The position numbers were made by a program, and so were the translations under genes. Positions 42,442 to 52,694 of a stretch of DNA of 64,000 nucleotides are shown here, in pieces. Below the pieces are notes generated by a model that saw nothing but the letters and a program-made list of their open reading frames with translations, had not been told where the DNA came from and searched no databases. This DNA is from an uncultured bacterium (lineage in GTDB: Bacteria > Acidobacteriota > Thermoanaerobaculia > Multivoradales > JAHZIX01). How positions within the stretch are numbered: position 1 is the first letter of the stretch; each line of letters begins with the position of its first letter. The stretch covers positions 64,001 to 128,000 of the forward strand of contig CBDUPA010000015.1 of assembly GCA_965368975.1 (NCBI GenBank), read 5' to 3'.

Positions 42442-42822
42442 TCACCGCTCGTACGGCCGCTGCAGATCCAACTCTCCGATCTGGTTGTAATGCTTGGCGT
42501 TGAAGGTGAACAGCGTCGCTCGTTGTCCCACAGCTGTAGCGGCGATCAGAGCGTCCAGCAAACCAACCCCATGCGACAGGTGCAGTGCCGCGAAGTCCTC
42601 AAGGGCACGACGACAATCCTCATCGGTCGGCCATATAACTTCGAAGGGTGCCACCAGTTTCCGCGCCCGAGCCATCCGTATCTTGTTGTCTGCGGCCTGG
42701 ATCAACTCCATGACGACCAAGCCAGGGACCGCTGGCACGAAGGGCAGCTCGGAGAACCAGGTCAAAGCCGGCGGATGACCTCGAAGAACATCGATCAGGA
42801 CATCGGAGTCCAGAAGTACCAT
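42442..42822 (-). CDS. vapC: PIN-domain toxin (VapC family)
   Basis: LLDSDVLID, DALIAATA, TFNAKHY. Confidence 0.88.
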   Translation of the reverse strand: MVLLDSDVLIDVLRGHPPALTWFSELPFVPAVPGLVVMELIQAADNKIRMARARKLVAPFEVIWPTDEDCRRALEDFAALHLSHGVGLLDALIAATAVGQRATLFTFNAKHYNQIGELDLQRPYER

Positions 42823-42837
42823 TCCTACAGTCGACTC

Positions 42838-43101
42838 CTATAGTTGACGCCGCGAGGCCTGCCGGCGGATCTGGCGAGCGTAGGTCGGCCCATCTTCGAT
42901 ATCCGGCCGCGAGCCGATGACACCCTCACGTTCCCAGTAGCGCACCAGTTCAGCTCCAGTCTTGGGCACCTTGCCGGGCGCCTCTGCCCGCAATGCACTC
43001 AACCGCCGGAGTACATATTGCTCGATCGATTCACCCCATCTGGCAGCTTCGCGAGCGAGCTTGGCTTCGAGATCTTGTGGCACTTCCAACGTCAGAGTCA
43101 T
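42838..43101 (-). CDS. Putative antitoxin (RHH-like N-terminus)
   Basis: 87-aa ORF MTLTLEVPQDLEAKL directly upstream of the PIN toxin. Confidence 0.7.
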   Translation of the reverse strand: MTLTLEVPQDLEAKLAREAARWGESIEQYVLRRLSALRAEAPGKVPKTGAELVRYWEREGVIGSRPDIEDGPTYARQIRRQASRRQL

Positions 43102-43230
43102 GGTGTGGCTCCCTTCAAGCCATCATTGTACCTCGGCTCTTCAGGCTCTTCAGCTCTCAGCCGAGAGCTTCCACCCCCCGACGGAAGGGGACGATCGAAT
43201 CCGGCGGCCCGTGAGAGCCGGTCTGCCCGC

Positions 43231-46200
43231 TCACACCCCCAACAACACACCTTCCGCCTTCCCGCCCGTCATGCGCTCCAGCGCCACGACGTACCAGGCC
43301 AGTTGACGCCGGTACTTGTCCTCGACGGCCTTCAGATCCGGATCAGTCTTGAAGTCGACCACCACCCACTGCCCCGTCGCGTCCGGCCGTTCGAAGGCGA
43401 GGTCGAAGGTCCCTTCCAGGATCTCTCCTTGGCGCGGTCCATCCTCCAGGGGCAGCAGGAAGGGTGTTTCCCGGTAGCACCTCGACGAGCGTGCGGCGTC
43501 TTGCAGCAACTCGTGCGCAAGTGCCGCTTGCACCACCTTGACGCCGGCTTTGATCTCTTTGCCGGTCGCCTCCAGCGCACGGCCGTGCAGTTCGGTCAGC
43601 TTGGAGATCTCGGACGCTTCGGCGTCGAAGGAGACGTCGCGCAGCACGGTATGCACCAGGGTGCCGAAGCGCATGCCGGAAGGGCGACTCTTCGGCCGGG
43701 GTAGCACTTCGAGGCGAATGGGCGGCGCGAAGCCGGGAGGAGGTTCTTCGGTGTCGGTGGGCAGGGTGATGCGGAACTCGGGGACGCCGCCAGCTTCGAG
43801 GGCATCGTAGCGGCGGGCACGCCAGGCGGTGTAGCGGGCGACGCCTTCAGGAGTGGCGGTGCCGTCGTCGTCTTCGGCCAGCAGGTCTTCTTGTTGCAAG
43901 CCGTAATTGCCGCGCACTCGGAGCCGCAGCGTCTTCGGGTCCCACCAAACGACCGGATGCTCGCCTTCTTGCGGGTAGTGCAGACCGGGCAGGACGGACG
44001 CTTCAGGACGGCCGTCGTGGTCCTGGGGACGGTCGAGAATGGTGCGGTCGCCGCGCCGCGGGCAGCCAGGGGCCTGCGCTGCGCGACGCCAGTTTTCTTG
44101 GGTGGGATAGAGACCACGGTGCAGGGGGCTGAGCCAGGCGTCTTCGAGCACGGTGCCGTGGGCGCCATCGCCGAGAACCGGGGCGACGACGAGGTCGCGG
44201 GCGCGGGTAGCGGCGACGTAGGCGAGACGGACGCCTTCGGCCTGGTCGCGCTTGCGTTCGAGGTCGGCGTGGTCGGTGAGTTCCCAGGGGGCACAGCCGA
44301 GGAGCTTGTAGGCGGCGAGGTGGCTTTCGGGGTCGACGTAGAGGCCGGGTTCTTCGCGCGCCAGCTTGGCGGTGGGGTCGGCGAGCACGACGATGGGGAA
44401 TTCGAGTCCCTTGGCGGCGTGGACGGTCATCAGGCGCACGCCTTCGGCACCTTCTTCGAGCACCGGCGAGCCACCGCCGCCGACCTGCTCGGCTTCTTCG
44501 TCCAGGCGCTCGACAAAGCCACGGAAGGAGAGGGCACCGACCAGGTTGGCGGAGAGCTCGAAACGGCGGGCCAGGTCGCTGACGCGCTGGACGTTGGCCA
44601 GCACCTGGTTGCCGGCGGGACGCAGGGCGAAACCGGCGTGGGCGCGGGTGTGAGTGAGCAGGCGGTGGACGGTTTCGGCGACGGGGACGCGGTTGCGGCG
44701 GCGGTGCAGTTGGGCGAGGTGGTCGAGGGCGTCGGCGATGGGCTCGTAGTCGAGGTCTAGCTCGCTACCGGCGACCGCGGCTAGCGGACGAAAGGGGTGC
44801 AAGGAACCGACGTCTTCGCGGAAGCGCAGCAGTAGCTCGTCGGGAATGGCGAAGAGCGAGCCCTTGAGGGTGGCGAAGACGGCGAGTTCGTCGTCTGGCC
44901 ACTCGACGGCGGTGAGCGCGGCGCGCAAGGCTTCGACTTCTTCGCGCTGGTGGAAGGAGCGACCACCGATCAGCAGGTGCGGGATGCCGCGCGCTTCGAA
45001 CGCCTGGGTATACGGACGCGTGACGTCGCTGCCCCAGGAGAGGAAGCGGCGGAAGAGCAGGCAGATGTGGCGCGGGCGGATGGGCTCTCGGGCTTCACCG
45101 TCGTCCGAACCGCCTTCTTGCGATCCCACCGTCCAGCCACTGTCGTGCAACAGCCACTCGACGAAGCCAGCGACCGCTTCGGGCAGGCACTCTTCGATCG
45201 CGCGGCCGGTGACTTTGCCCCAGGGGCCGTAGGGGGCGTGCGCGGGCAGGGCGATCCAGGCGGGCTGATCTGGGCGGTCGGGACGCTGGCGGTCGAGCGG
45301 CACGTAGGTGGGCTGACCGCTCTCGTCGTCGCCGGTCATCTGCGCCGCGAAGACGGCATTGACGCCCTGTTGCAGGCTGCGCACCGCACGGAAGCTGCGC
45401 GACAGGTGCACAAGGCCGACGCCGGCACCTTCCGGAGGTGCCCCTGTGAGATGGCTCTGGATCTGGCGGTAGAGCAACACATCAGCGCGACGGAAGCGGT
45501 AGATGCTCTGCTTGGGGTCGCCGACCAGGAAGAGCTTGCCTGGCACGGGACGCGCGGCGCGCCAGTCGGTCTCGTCGGGGTCGTCGGCGGCGAGCAGCAG
45601 CAGGATCTCGGCCTGCAGTGGGTCGGTATCCTGGAACTCGTCGACGAAGATGTGGCTGAAGCGCTGCTGTAGATGGTGCCGGACCTCGGGCTGGTCGCGC
45701 ACCAGGTCACGGGCGAGCAGCAGCAGGTCGAGGAAGTCAAGGTAGCCGCTGCGCCGCTTGAGCTGTTCGTAGCTCTCGAGCACGTCGCTCAGCTCGCGCC
45801 GCAGCTCGACGGCAAGGTCGGCATCAGCGGCTTGACGGAAGGCGTCGAGGGCGGCGAGCAGGGCGTCGCGGCGGGCCTGGACGTCGGCGCGTGGCAGACC
45901 GGGGGCGTACTCTTTGCCGCGGCCTTTCCAGCCTTTGGTGCGCTTGCACTGCCGCAGCAGGTCGAGTAGCTCGGCTTCGAGGCGGTCATAGTCACGACGG
46001 CCGGAGTCGTTACGGCGGTCCGTTTCCCCTGCCTCCTCGCTCAGGCCCTCGGCGCGGGCGACGGCGGCGGCGAGGGTGCACACGGGCTCGAGGGCGCGAC
46101 GCAGGTAGTCGCCACGGTTGCGGCTGCGGGCGGCCTGTTCGGCGAGATCGGCGAGGTCGACGAGCAAGTCGTCGATGGCGGCCTCACGATCGAAGTCCCG

Positions 46201-46830
46201 CTGCTCCCATTCGGCGGGAAAGTCGCGCCAGTCGACCAGGCTCCAGCCGGCGGCACGCAGGCGGTCGAGCGGGCTGGTGCCGTCGAAGCTACGGCGACCG
46301 GCTTCGCGCGACAGGGCACGGCGCAGGCCCTCGGGCATGTGGTCGAGGCGGCGTTCGATCCAGGCGCGGAAGGCCTGCTCGTAGACGCGGCGGGCGTCGT
46401 CGTCGTCGAGCTCGCGGAAGGCGGGATCGATGCCGGCCTCGACGGGACGAGCGCGCAGGATCTCAGCGCAGAAGCTGTGGATAGTGCCTATGTGGGCTTC
46501 TTCGAGACGCGCGATGGCGTCCCCCAGCCGGCGCCGCTCAACGCGATCATCACTGGCGGCACGGGCACCGTCCAGGCGGTGGCGCAGGCGCAGCTGCAAC
46601 TCGCCGGCGGCCTTGCGCGTGAAGGTGACGGCGACCAGGCGGTCGACGGTGGTCTTGCCGGCGGCGAGTACGGCGACCAGGCGCGACACCAGCTCGGTGG
46701 TCTTGCCGGTGCCGGCGGCAGCCTCGACCAGCAAACTTTCGTCGAGGCTGCTACGGATGCGCTCGCGCGCCTCGTCATCCCGGGCGCGCGCGGCGTCATC
46801 CTCGCTGGCGTGGGCCAGCTCGTCTCTCAC
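43231..46830 (-). CDS. addA: AddA-like SF1 helicase/nuclease
   Basis: AAAGTGKT, TFTRKAA, VDEFQDT, VGDPKQSIYRFR, TVHAAKGLEF, YVAATRA; C-terminal GTFDL..VDFKT nuclease; GTG start overlaps addB stop. Confidence 0.9.
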   Translation of the reverse strand: MRDELAHASEDDAARARDDEARERIRSSLDESLLVEAAAGTGKTTELVSRLVAVLAAGKTTVDRLVAVTFTRKAAGELQLRLRHRLDGARAASDDRVERRRLGDAIARLEEAHIGTIHSFCAEILRARPVEAGIDPAFRELDDDDARRVYEQAFRAWIERRLDHMPEGLRRALSREAGRRSFDGTSPLDRLRAAGWSLVDWRDFPAEWEQRDFDREAAIDDLLVDLADLAEQAARSRNRGDYLRRALEPVCTLAAAVARAEGLSEEAGETDRRNDSGRRDYDRLEAELLDLLRQCKRTKGWKGRGKEYAPGLPRADVQARRDALLAALDAFRQAADADLAVELRRELSDVLESYEQLKRRSGYLDFLDLLLLARDLVRDQPEVRHHLQQRFSHIFVDEFQDTDPLQAEILLLLAADDPDETDWRAARPVPGKLFLVGDPKQSIYRFRRADVLLYRQIQSHLTGAPPEGAGVGLVHLSRSFRAVRSLQQGVNAVFAAQMTGDDESGQPTYVPLDRQRPDRPDQPAWIALPAHAPYGPWGKVTGRAIEECLPEAVAGFVEWLLHDSGWTVGSQEGGSDDGEAREPIRPRHICLLFRRFLSWGSDVTRPYTQAFEARGIPHLLIGGRSFHQREEVEALRAALTAVEWPDDELAVFATLKGSLFAIPDELLLRFREDVGSLHPFRPLAAVAGSELDLDYEPIADALDHLAQLHRRRNRVPVAETVHRLLTHTRAHAGFALRPAGNQVLANVQRVSDLARRFELSANLVGALSFRGFVERLDEEAEQVGGGGSPVLEEGAEGVRLMTVHAAKGLEFPIVVLADPTAKLAREEPGLYVDPESHLAAYKLLGCAPWELTDHADLERKRDQAEGVRLAYVAATRARDLVVAPVLGDGAHGTVLEDAWLSPLHRGLYPTQENWRRAAQAPGCPRRGDRTILDRPQDHDGRPEASVLPGLHYPQEGEHPVVWWDPKTLRLRVRGNYGLQQEDLLAEDDDGTATPEGVARYTAWRARRYDALEAGGVPEFRITLPTDTEEPPPGFAPPIRLEVLPRPKSRPSGMRFGTLVHTVLRDVSFDAEASEISKLTELHGRALEATGKEIKAGVKVVQAALAHELLQDAARSSRCYRETPFLLPLEDGPRQGEILEGTFDLAFERPDATGQWVVVDFKTDPDLKAVEDKYRRQLAWYVVALERMTGGKAEGVLLGV

Positions 46831-49800
46831 GGTGTCTCCCGGAGGCGGTTCAGCTCGGCCAGGCGTTGCGGCTTCTTGCGACGCAAGCGTTGCTCTTCCA
46901 GAGGACCACACACCGGCCGGAAGTCGCACCAGCGGCAGGCGTCCTCTTTGGGCGCAGCGGGTAGGAAGCCTTCGGCCAGGTGATCGTCGATGATACGCAA
47001 CACGGCCCCAGCAGCGGCGCGGCGTTCTTCGTCCAGCGGTACGCTGACGACCTCGTAGCCACCACGACGCGTGCAGTAGAACAGGCGCCCCTCCTCCACC
47101 GGCTGCTCGAGCAGAGCTTCGGCGGCGAGGCCATAGAGTACCGGCTGCAGCAGCTCACCGCCGCCCACCGACACTTGCTGTCGCAGGCCACTCGGCTTCT
47201 TGCCGGTCTTGTGGTCGGTGACGCGCAAGCGCCCCCCGTCGGCGTGTTCTTCGAGCAGGTCGATAGCGCCACGCAGCCGAGCCCCGCCCGGCAGGCCGCC
47301 GAGCGCCAGGTCCGCCGCTGGTTGTGCGTCGGTGTCGTGGCCTTTCTGAGCCTCGTCCAGGCCAGGGCCGGGACGCTCTCCGAGACCGAACGAGAGTTCG
47401 AAGCGCGACGGGACCCACGGCTCACCGGCGTCGACGACGGCACGCAGCCAGCCACGCAGGTCGAGGCCGAGGTCGCGGATCTCGTCGTCCCAAACGCGCG
47501 GAATCGCCGGTGCTAGTGTCTCCCGGTACTGGCCGGCGACCTCGGCCAAGACATCGGCGGCAAGCTCGCTGGCGGCCTCGGCGCGGTCAGGCGTCAGGGG
47601 TAGCAAGTCCCTGGCTTTCAGACGCTGGAAGAGCCTGTGTTGGACTTCGTGGAAAAGACTGCCTCGGGTCAGCGGGTCGAGTTGTTCGAGCGGACCGGGA
47701 CGCTCGCGCGGACGCAGGCGGTGGACGGCGTGCAACAGGAATCGATACGGGCAGGCGGCGAAGCCTTGCAGGGCGGTCGGCGAGTAGCTACGGGCCGCCA
47801 GGCGGTGGCGCTGCAGCACGGCGAGGGCGGAGGGCTGCGGGTCGACCAGGCCGTCGGCGCCGGAGAAGAAGTTGCGCCAGCGACGGCCGCGAGTGCGCAG
47901 GGAGCGCGCCAGGCAGCCGTTGGCGTCGACGCCCGGTTGCAGCAGGTAGCGGGCTTGCCCCTTGGCGGAACTCTTCACGGAATTCTTCAGAGTCCCCACA
48001 CCGAGCAGCGGTTCGAGCACCGCCAGGTCGAATTCGGCGTTGTCGATGGCGCGCTCGAAGTCGGCGGGTGCCGGCCAGCCGAGGCGGCTACCCGCGGCTT
48101 CAGCGGCCTGCGCTTCGAGCTGACGCACGTCGGGCAGCGCTCCCTGCGCGGCGCGCAGCAGGTCGAGAGCGTAGAAAGATGGTACGCGCGCTCGGCCCTG
48201 GACGGCATCGAGGTTGGGGTAACTGGCGACCAGGCGCTGGCGAGCGGCGCCAGCAGCCAGCCGCAGGCGCAGGCGCTCTTGCTGCACGCGCAGGTCCTGG
48301 CGCGGCAATGCGGCGTCAACCGACTGGCGGGCGGCATCGAGCAGCAGCGGATCTTCGGCGGCGCGGCGCGGGAAGATGCCCTCGGCCAGGCCGGGCAGAA
48401 AGACGGTGTGGAAGTCGCGTCCGCGCACTTCATCGACGGTGCCGACGAAGACCTGGCCGTAGCGTCGCTTGGACGGCTCGGTGCGCAGGAAAGCGAGGCG
48501 ATCGGCCAGCACCCGGCGTACCTCCGGCAAGCCGACCGGACCGACCTCGGCCATCGGCGCTAGTTCGCGCAGCACCTGCAGCACGCTCTCGGGGCGACGG
48601 AGAGCGACGTTGGCCAGCCGGCGCAGGTGGTCGAGCCAGGTACCCCAGGTCGCGCCCTCGGGCAGTTTGGCGAGGCGGTCGATCAACGGCAAAGCAAAGC
48701 GGCGCAGGTGGTCGAGCCGGCGCAGTTGACGCTCGATCGCCTCGGCGCGACCTTCGCCGCTCTCGGCTCCTGCCTGGCCGCCCGATGGTAGTCCAGACTG
48801 GCTGCCCGATTGGCCGTCATCGTCCTCTTCCCCACGGTGCTCCAGCCGCAGCCGCAGCTCGGCTTCGAGACCGTCGAGCCGGCGTTGCCAGCGCTCGCGA
48901 CCGCCGACCACGGCGGCGTCGACCAGCAATTCTTCCCAGCGCTGCGGCGTCTTGAGCGTACCGGCGATGACCGCGCTGTCTCCATCTTGCCCAGCTGGGT
49001 CTTGCTCGGTTTCGTCCTCCGCCTCGTCGTCAGGCACCCAGCCCAGACGCTCGAAGCCCCCGGGAGCCTTGAGCACCAGCTGTTCCCCGGTCGGCTCGAC
49101 CCACGGTTCCTCGCGCTCAGCCGGTGCACCGTCGTCGTCCACTGGGGGCACTTCACCGAGCGACAGGTACTCGGCGAAGCGGCTGGCGGAGAGTCGATCG
49201 GCGGCGCAGGCGAGCAGCGCCAGCAGGGCACGGCCGGCAGCGTGCGGACGCGCGGTACCGCGACTGAAGTAGGCGGGAATCTCGGCCCGGTGCAGGGCTT
49301 CTTCGAGCAGCGGCAGGTAACGCTCCCGATCGCGCAGCAACACGGCGACCTGATCGAAGGGAACGCGGTCGAACGGCACGGGCTCCTCATAGCCCGCTGT
49401 GGCTGACGCGGCCTCCAGGATGCGGCGCGCGATCTCAACGCACTCGCGACCTTCGCCCGGTGCACCCAACAACTCGACGCTGCGGTCGTCAGCGCGCGGC
49501 GGTGCCCCCGCGGCAAGCTCGGGACGGAAGACGCCACGGCGCAGGCGCTCCAGGCGCGGCAGGTGGTCGATGTCCCCGGCAGAGCTGGCGTCCGCGTCGG
49601 CAACGACGATCTCGGTGCCTGGACCCAGCACTTCGACCAACCGCGCCAGGCCCTCTTCGTCACCCGTGGCGACGGTGGCCAGCAGCGACGGTGCCCGTGC
49701 CGCCAGCGGTGCCAACAGGTGCTCCTCGGCCCGGCCGTCGGGCGACAGGTCGAGCCACAGCAAGGGCAGGCCGACGCGATAGGGCACCTTCCCGTCCCCC

Positions 49801-50429
49801 ACTTCGCGCAGGGCGTCTCCGGCCAGGCGCAGCAAGGCCGGTGGGTCGACCAACGAGCGCGTCGACAACTCGGCCTCGTAGTCCTTCAATAGCTGGGCCA
49901 AATCGCTGCCCGCCGGGCCGGCGTCGGCAGCGGTCAGCGCCTCCGGCGTCACCTCGTAGCGTCGCAGTTCGCCGAGTGTGCGCGCCAGCTGTTTGGCGAA
50001 GCCGGGCATGTCCGCGACGCGCTCGAAGTACTCCAGCTCGCCGCGCTTGCGGCAGCGCGCCACGGCCCGTGCGGCCAGCGCTTCCAGAGCCAAACCGGCA
50101 ACGCTGGTCAGCTGGCGCCGCGCCAGCATGGGTGTCGCCAGTTCGGCGGCCAGTTGCAGTACCGTCGCGCGGTGCGCGCCCAGCAGACCAGCGCGGTGCG
50201 CGCCCAGCAAACCCGTCGCAGGCTGTCTCGACAGCAGGCGACGCACGAAGTCATCGCCACCACCGCGCCCCGACGACAGAATCAGCGTCTCGCCGCTCGC
50301 TGCCGCCCTACTCTGCACATCGAGCAGCCAGGCGGACGCGGCGGCGAGACGGCGGTCCGCGGCGCTACTGACCAGGATCCGGCGCACAGAGCGCTTGTCT
50401 ATCGCTCGCGCTGGTCCCGGTTCCGGCAC
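46827..50429 (-). CDS. addB: AddB-like PD-(D/E)xK nuclease subunit
   Basis: SPTALQGFAACPYRF, RGSLFHEV, GAIDLLE..DHKTG, LQPVLY, CRWCDFRPVC Fe-S cysteines. Confidence 0.88.
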   Translation of the reverse strand: MPEPGPARAIDKRSVRRILVSSAADRRLAAASAWLLDVQSRAAASGETLILSSGRGGGDDFVRRLLSRQPATGLLGAHRAGLLGAHRATVLQLAAELATPMLARRQLTSVAGLALEALAARAVARCRKRGELEYFERVADMPGFAKQLARTLGELRRYEVTPEALTAADAGPAGSDLAQLLKDYEAELSTRSLVDPPALLRLAGDALREVGDGKVPYRVGLPLLWLDLSPDGRAEEHLLAPLAARAPSLLATVATGDEEGLARLVEVLGPGTEIVVADADASSAGDIDHLPRLERLRRGVFRPELAAGAPPRADDRSVELLGAPGEGRECVEIARRILEAASATAGYEEPVPFDRVPFDQVAVLLRDRERYLPLLEEALHRAEIPAYFSRGTARPHAAGRALLALLACAADRLSASRFAEYLSLGEVPPVDDDGAPAEREEPWVEPTGEQLVLKAPGGFERLGWVPDDEAEDETEQDPAGQDGDSAVIAGTLKTPQRWEELLVDAAVVGGRERWQRRLDGLEAELRLRLEHRGEEDDDGQSGSQSGLPSGGQAGAESGEGRAEAIERQLRRLDHLRRFALPLIDRLAKLPEGATWGTWLDHLRRLANVALRRPESVLQVLRELAPMAEVGPVGLPEVRRVLADRLAFLRTEPSKRRYGQVFVGTVDEVRGRDFHTVFLPGLAEGIFPRRAAEDPLLLDAARQSVDAALPRQDLRVQQERLRLRLAAGAARQRLVASYPNLDAVQGRARVPSFYALDLLRAAQGALPDVRQLEAQAAEAAGSRLGWPAPADFERAIDNAEFDLAVLEPLLGVGTLKNSVKSSAKGQARYLLQPGVDANGCLARSLRTRGRRWRNFFSGADGLVDPQPSALAVLQRHRLAARSYSPTALQGFAACPYRFLLHAVHRLRPRERPGPLEQLDPLTRGSLFHEVQHRLFQRLKARDLLPLTPDRAEAASELAADVLAEVAGQYRETLAPAIPRVWDDEIRDLGLDLRGWLRAVVDAGEPWVPSRFELSFGLGERPGPGLDEAQKGHDTDAQPAADLALGGLPGGARLRGAIDLLEEHADGGRLRVTDHKTGKKPSGLRQQVSVGGGELLQPVLYGLAAEALLEQPVEEGRLFYCTRRGGYEVVSVPLDEERRAAAGAVLRIIDDHLAEGFLPAAPKEDACRWCDFRPVCGPLEEQRLRRKKPQRLAELNRLRETP

Positions 50430-50431
50430 GG

Positions 50432-51688
50432 CTATCCGGCTTGCTCCGGTACGGCAGTCGCTGGTGGATCGGCGTAGATCGTCCGGTTCTTGCCCTGCTC
50501 CTTGGCCACGTACATGCGCCGGTCGGCGATACGCAGCAACTCGTTCTTCACCTTGACCGGGCTGAGATTACGGCCGCCGGCCCCCGGCAGTAGCAGGCCT
50601 TGCAGGTCACCGTGCAACGTCGCCAACCCGGCGCTGCAAGTGACGACGCCGTGAATCTCGAATGCCGGATTGTTCTCTGGATCAGCCGGGTCCGGACGCT
50701 CCAGGAAAACGTGCTTCTCGATGCTCTTGCGGACCGTCTCGGCCGCCCAATAGACCTCCTGGTGCCCCGATTCCGGCAGGATGATCACGAACTCGTCACC
50801 GCCGTAGCGGGCGCCCACCGAGTGCCCGGGCAGCACCTGGCGCAGGATGTCGCCGACCTCGGCCAGGACTCGACTGCCAGCCAAGTGGCCGAAAGTGTCG
50901 TTGACGTTCTTGAAGTGGTCGAGATCGAAGAAAATGACGCCACAGTCCTGCCCATCGGCCACCGATTCTTCGAGCACCTGGCTCAGGCGGTAGTGCATGT
51001 AGCGATCGTTGTAGAGCCGCGTCAGGTCGTCACGCCGCGCCATCTCGCGCGCCCGCTGCGCTTCGATGGCGTTGGCCACGGACACTGAAATCGTCTGCGC
51101 GAAGATCTCTAGCAACTCCAGCTCGCGCTGCGTGAACACCTCTCCGTCGCGCCGGTTGATCAGCTGCAGCACCCCGACCACGTCGCGCTCGACGGTCAGC
51201 GGCAAGCAGATGACCGAGCGGGTCGTGAAACCGGTGAGGCGGTCGACGGCGGCGAAGAAACGCTCGTCCTGCGCCGGCTCGCGGCTGACGTACGCGTCAC
51301 CGGTGCGGAAGACGTGCCCAGCAATACCCCGCTCGACCGGCATGCGCGTCCCCGCCAGCCGCTGCGCGTGCTCGCCGAAGCTCGCCGCCACGATCAGCAT
51401 GGTCTCCTTGCCGTCTTCGCCCTGCACACCCTGGTCGCCGTCCTCCATGCCAGCCGGGCTGTCGCTGGCACTGGCACCGTCGCTGTCTTCGGTCAAATCC
51501 TTGAGGAAGATAGAGCCCGCCTCGGACGGTACAAAGTCGTTCGCCCGGCGCAGGATGTCGCAGAACACGGCACTCAAGTCCAGCTCGTACGACGGCGTGC
51601 CGCTCGGCTCCTTGGGCTTGAGGAAGTGCACCAGTTCCAGGTTGCTGATCGAGTAGGTCTTCATCAATCTTGCTTTGGCTTGTGCCAC
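50432..51688 (-). CDS. GAF-sensor diguanylate cyclase
   Basis: GAF (GIAGHV...VVGVLQLIN), DDLTRLYN, DLDHFKNVNDTFGH, RYGGDEF. Confidence 0.93.
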   Translation of the reverse strand: MAQAKARLMKTYSISNLELVHFLKPKEPSGTPSYELDLSAVFCDILRRANDFVPSEAGSIFLKDLTEDSDGASASDSPAGMEDGDQGVQGEDGKETMLIVAASFGEHAQRLAGTRMPVERGIAGHVFRTGDAYVSREPAQDERFFAAVDRLTGFTTRSVICLPLTVERDVVGVLQLINRRDGEVFTQRELELLEIFAQTISVSVANAIEAQRAREMARRDDLTRLYNDRYMHYRLSQVLEESVADGQDCGVIFFDLDHFKNVNDTFGHLAGSRVLAEVGDILRQVLPGHSVGARYGGDEFVIILPESGHQEVYWAAETVRKSIEKHVFLERPDPADPENNPAFEIHGVVTCSAGLATLHGDLQGLLLPGAGGRNLSPVKVKNELLRIADRRMYVAKEQGKNRTIYADPPATAVPEQAG

Positions 51689-51703
51689 AGGATCCCGCTG
51701 GCG

Positions 51704-52363
51704 CTACTTGGTTCCGAACATACGGTCACCAGCATCTCCGAGGCCAGGTAGGATATATCCGATCTCGTTGAGCTGGCGATCCATGGCCGCGGTAAACACC
51801 GGCACATCCGGATGCGCCTCGGCGAACGCCCGTGCCCCTTCCGGTGCTGCCACCAGGCACACGAACTTGAGTGATCGCGGCCCCTCTTGCTTCACTCGCG
51901 CCACCGCCGCAGCCGCCGAGCCGCCCGTGGCGAGCATCGGGTCGACCATGATGACGTCCCGATCACTGACCGCGCCCGGCAGCTTGAAGTAGTACTCGTC
52001 CGGCTCCAACGTCTCCTCGTTGCGCGCCATACCGACATGCCCCACGCGCGCCGACGGCAGTATCTCGAGCATGCCGTCGAGCATGCCGTATCCCGCCCGC
52101 AGCACCCCCACTAGCACCACCTTCTTGCCATCCAGCACCGGCGCCTCGATCGTCTCGAGCGGCGTCTCGATCGTCTTGGTCGACATCGGCATGTCGCGCG
52201 TGACCTCGTAGACCATGAGCATGCTGATCTCTTTCAGCAACTGGCGAAATTTCGCCGTGCCGGTCGTCTTGTCGCGCATCAAGCTGAGCTTGTGCCGAAT
52301 GAGTGGATGGTCGAGTATGGTCAATGGGGCTTCGGACATCTGGGCTTCAGCCAGTTCGGACAT
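51704..52363 (-). CDS. upp: Uracil phosphoribosyltransferase
   Basis: [33 protein letters not shown]; ATG at 52363 with GGAGGAG SD. Confidence 0.96.
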   Translation of the reverse strand: MSELAEAQMSEAPLTILDHPLIRHKLSLMRDKTTGTAKFRQLLKEISMLMVYEVTRDMPMSTKTIETPLETIEAPVLDGKKVVLVGVLRAGYGMLDGMLEILPSARVGHVGMARNEETLEPDEYYFKLPGAVSDRDVIMVDPMLATGGSAAAAVARVKQEGPRSLKFVCLVAAPEGARAFAEAHPDVPVFTAAMDRQLNEIGYILPGLGDAGDRMFGTK

Positions 52364-52694
52364 GTGTGGAGGCTCCTCCGCCTGCGCGTCAGTCAACAGC
52401 TCGGCCAACCGAGCACAGATCAGTGCAGATCACTCTGCTAACGACATCAGTTCCCCAAGTTTAGACCACCTGCCGTTGCAAGCGAAGCCTCGGACCTCCA
52501 AGTCGTCCAAGGCCGGCACGATTCTGGCCGGTTATCCAATTTGCGGGCGGAGAACTCGAAGAGCTGCGACGCGCCTTGACTCACTGAAGACTGGATCCTC
52601 GAAGACCAGCTCACCCCACCTCGCCGCCCCGCACCGGCCTAGCCTGGCCTGGCCTGGCCTGGCCACGGCAAAGTTGACCTTGCGTTGTACTTCA

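Noticed and set aside
42442-43101. vapBC pair as a novel system
   Set aside because: Ordinary PIN-domain type II toxin-antitoxin layout.
52636-52665. (GGCCT)n pentamer run in the upp-RND intergenic region
   Set aside because: Short low-complexity microsatellite with no spacers; not a CRISPR array or recognisable element.
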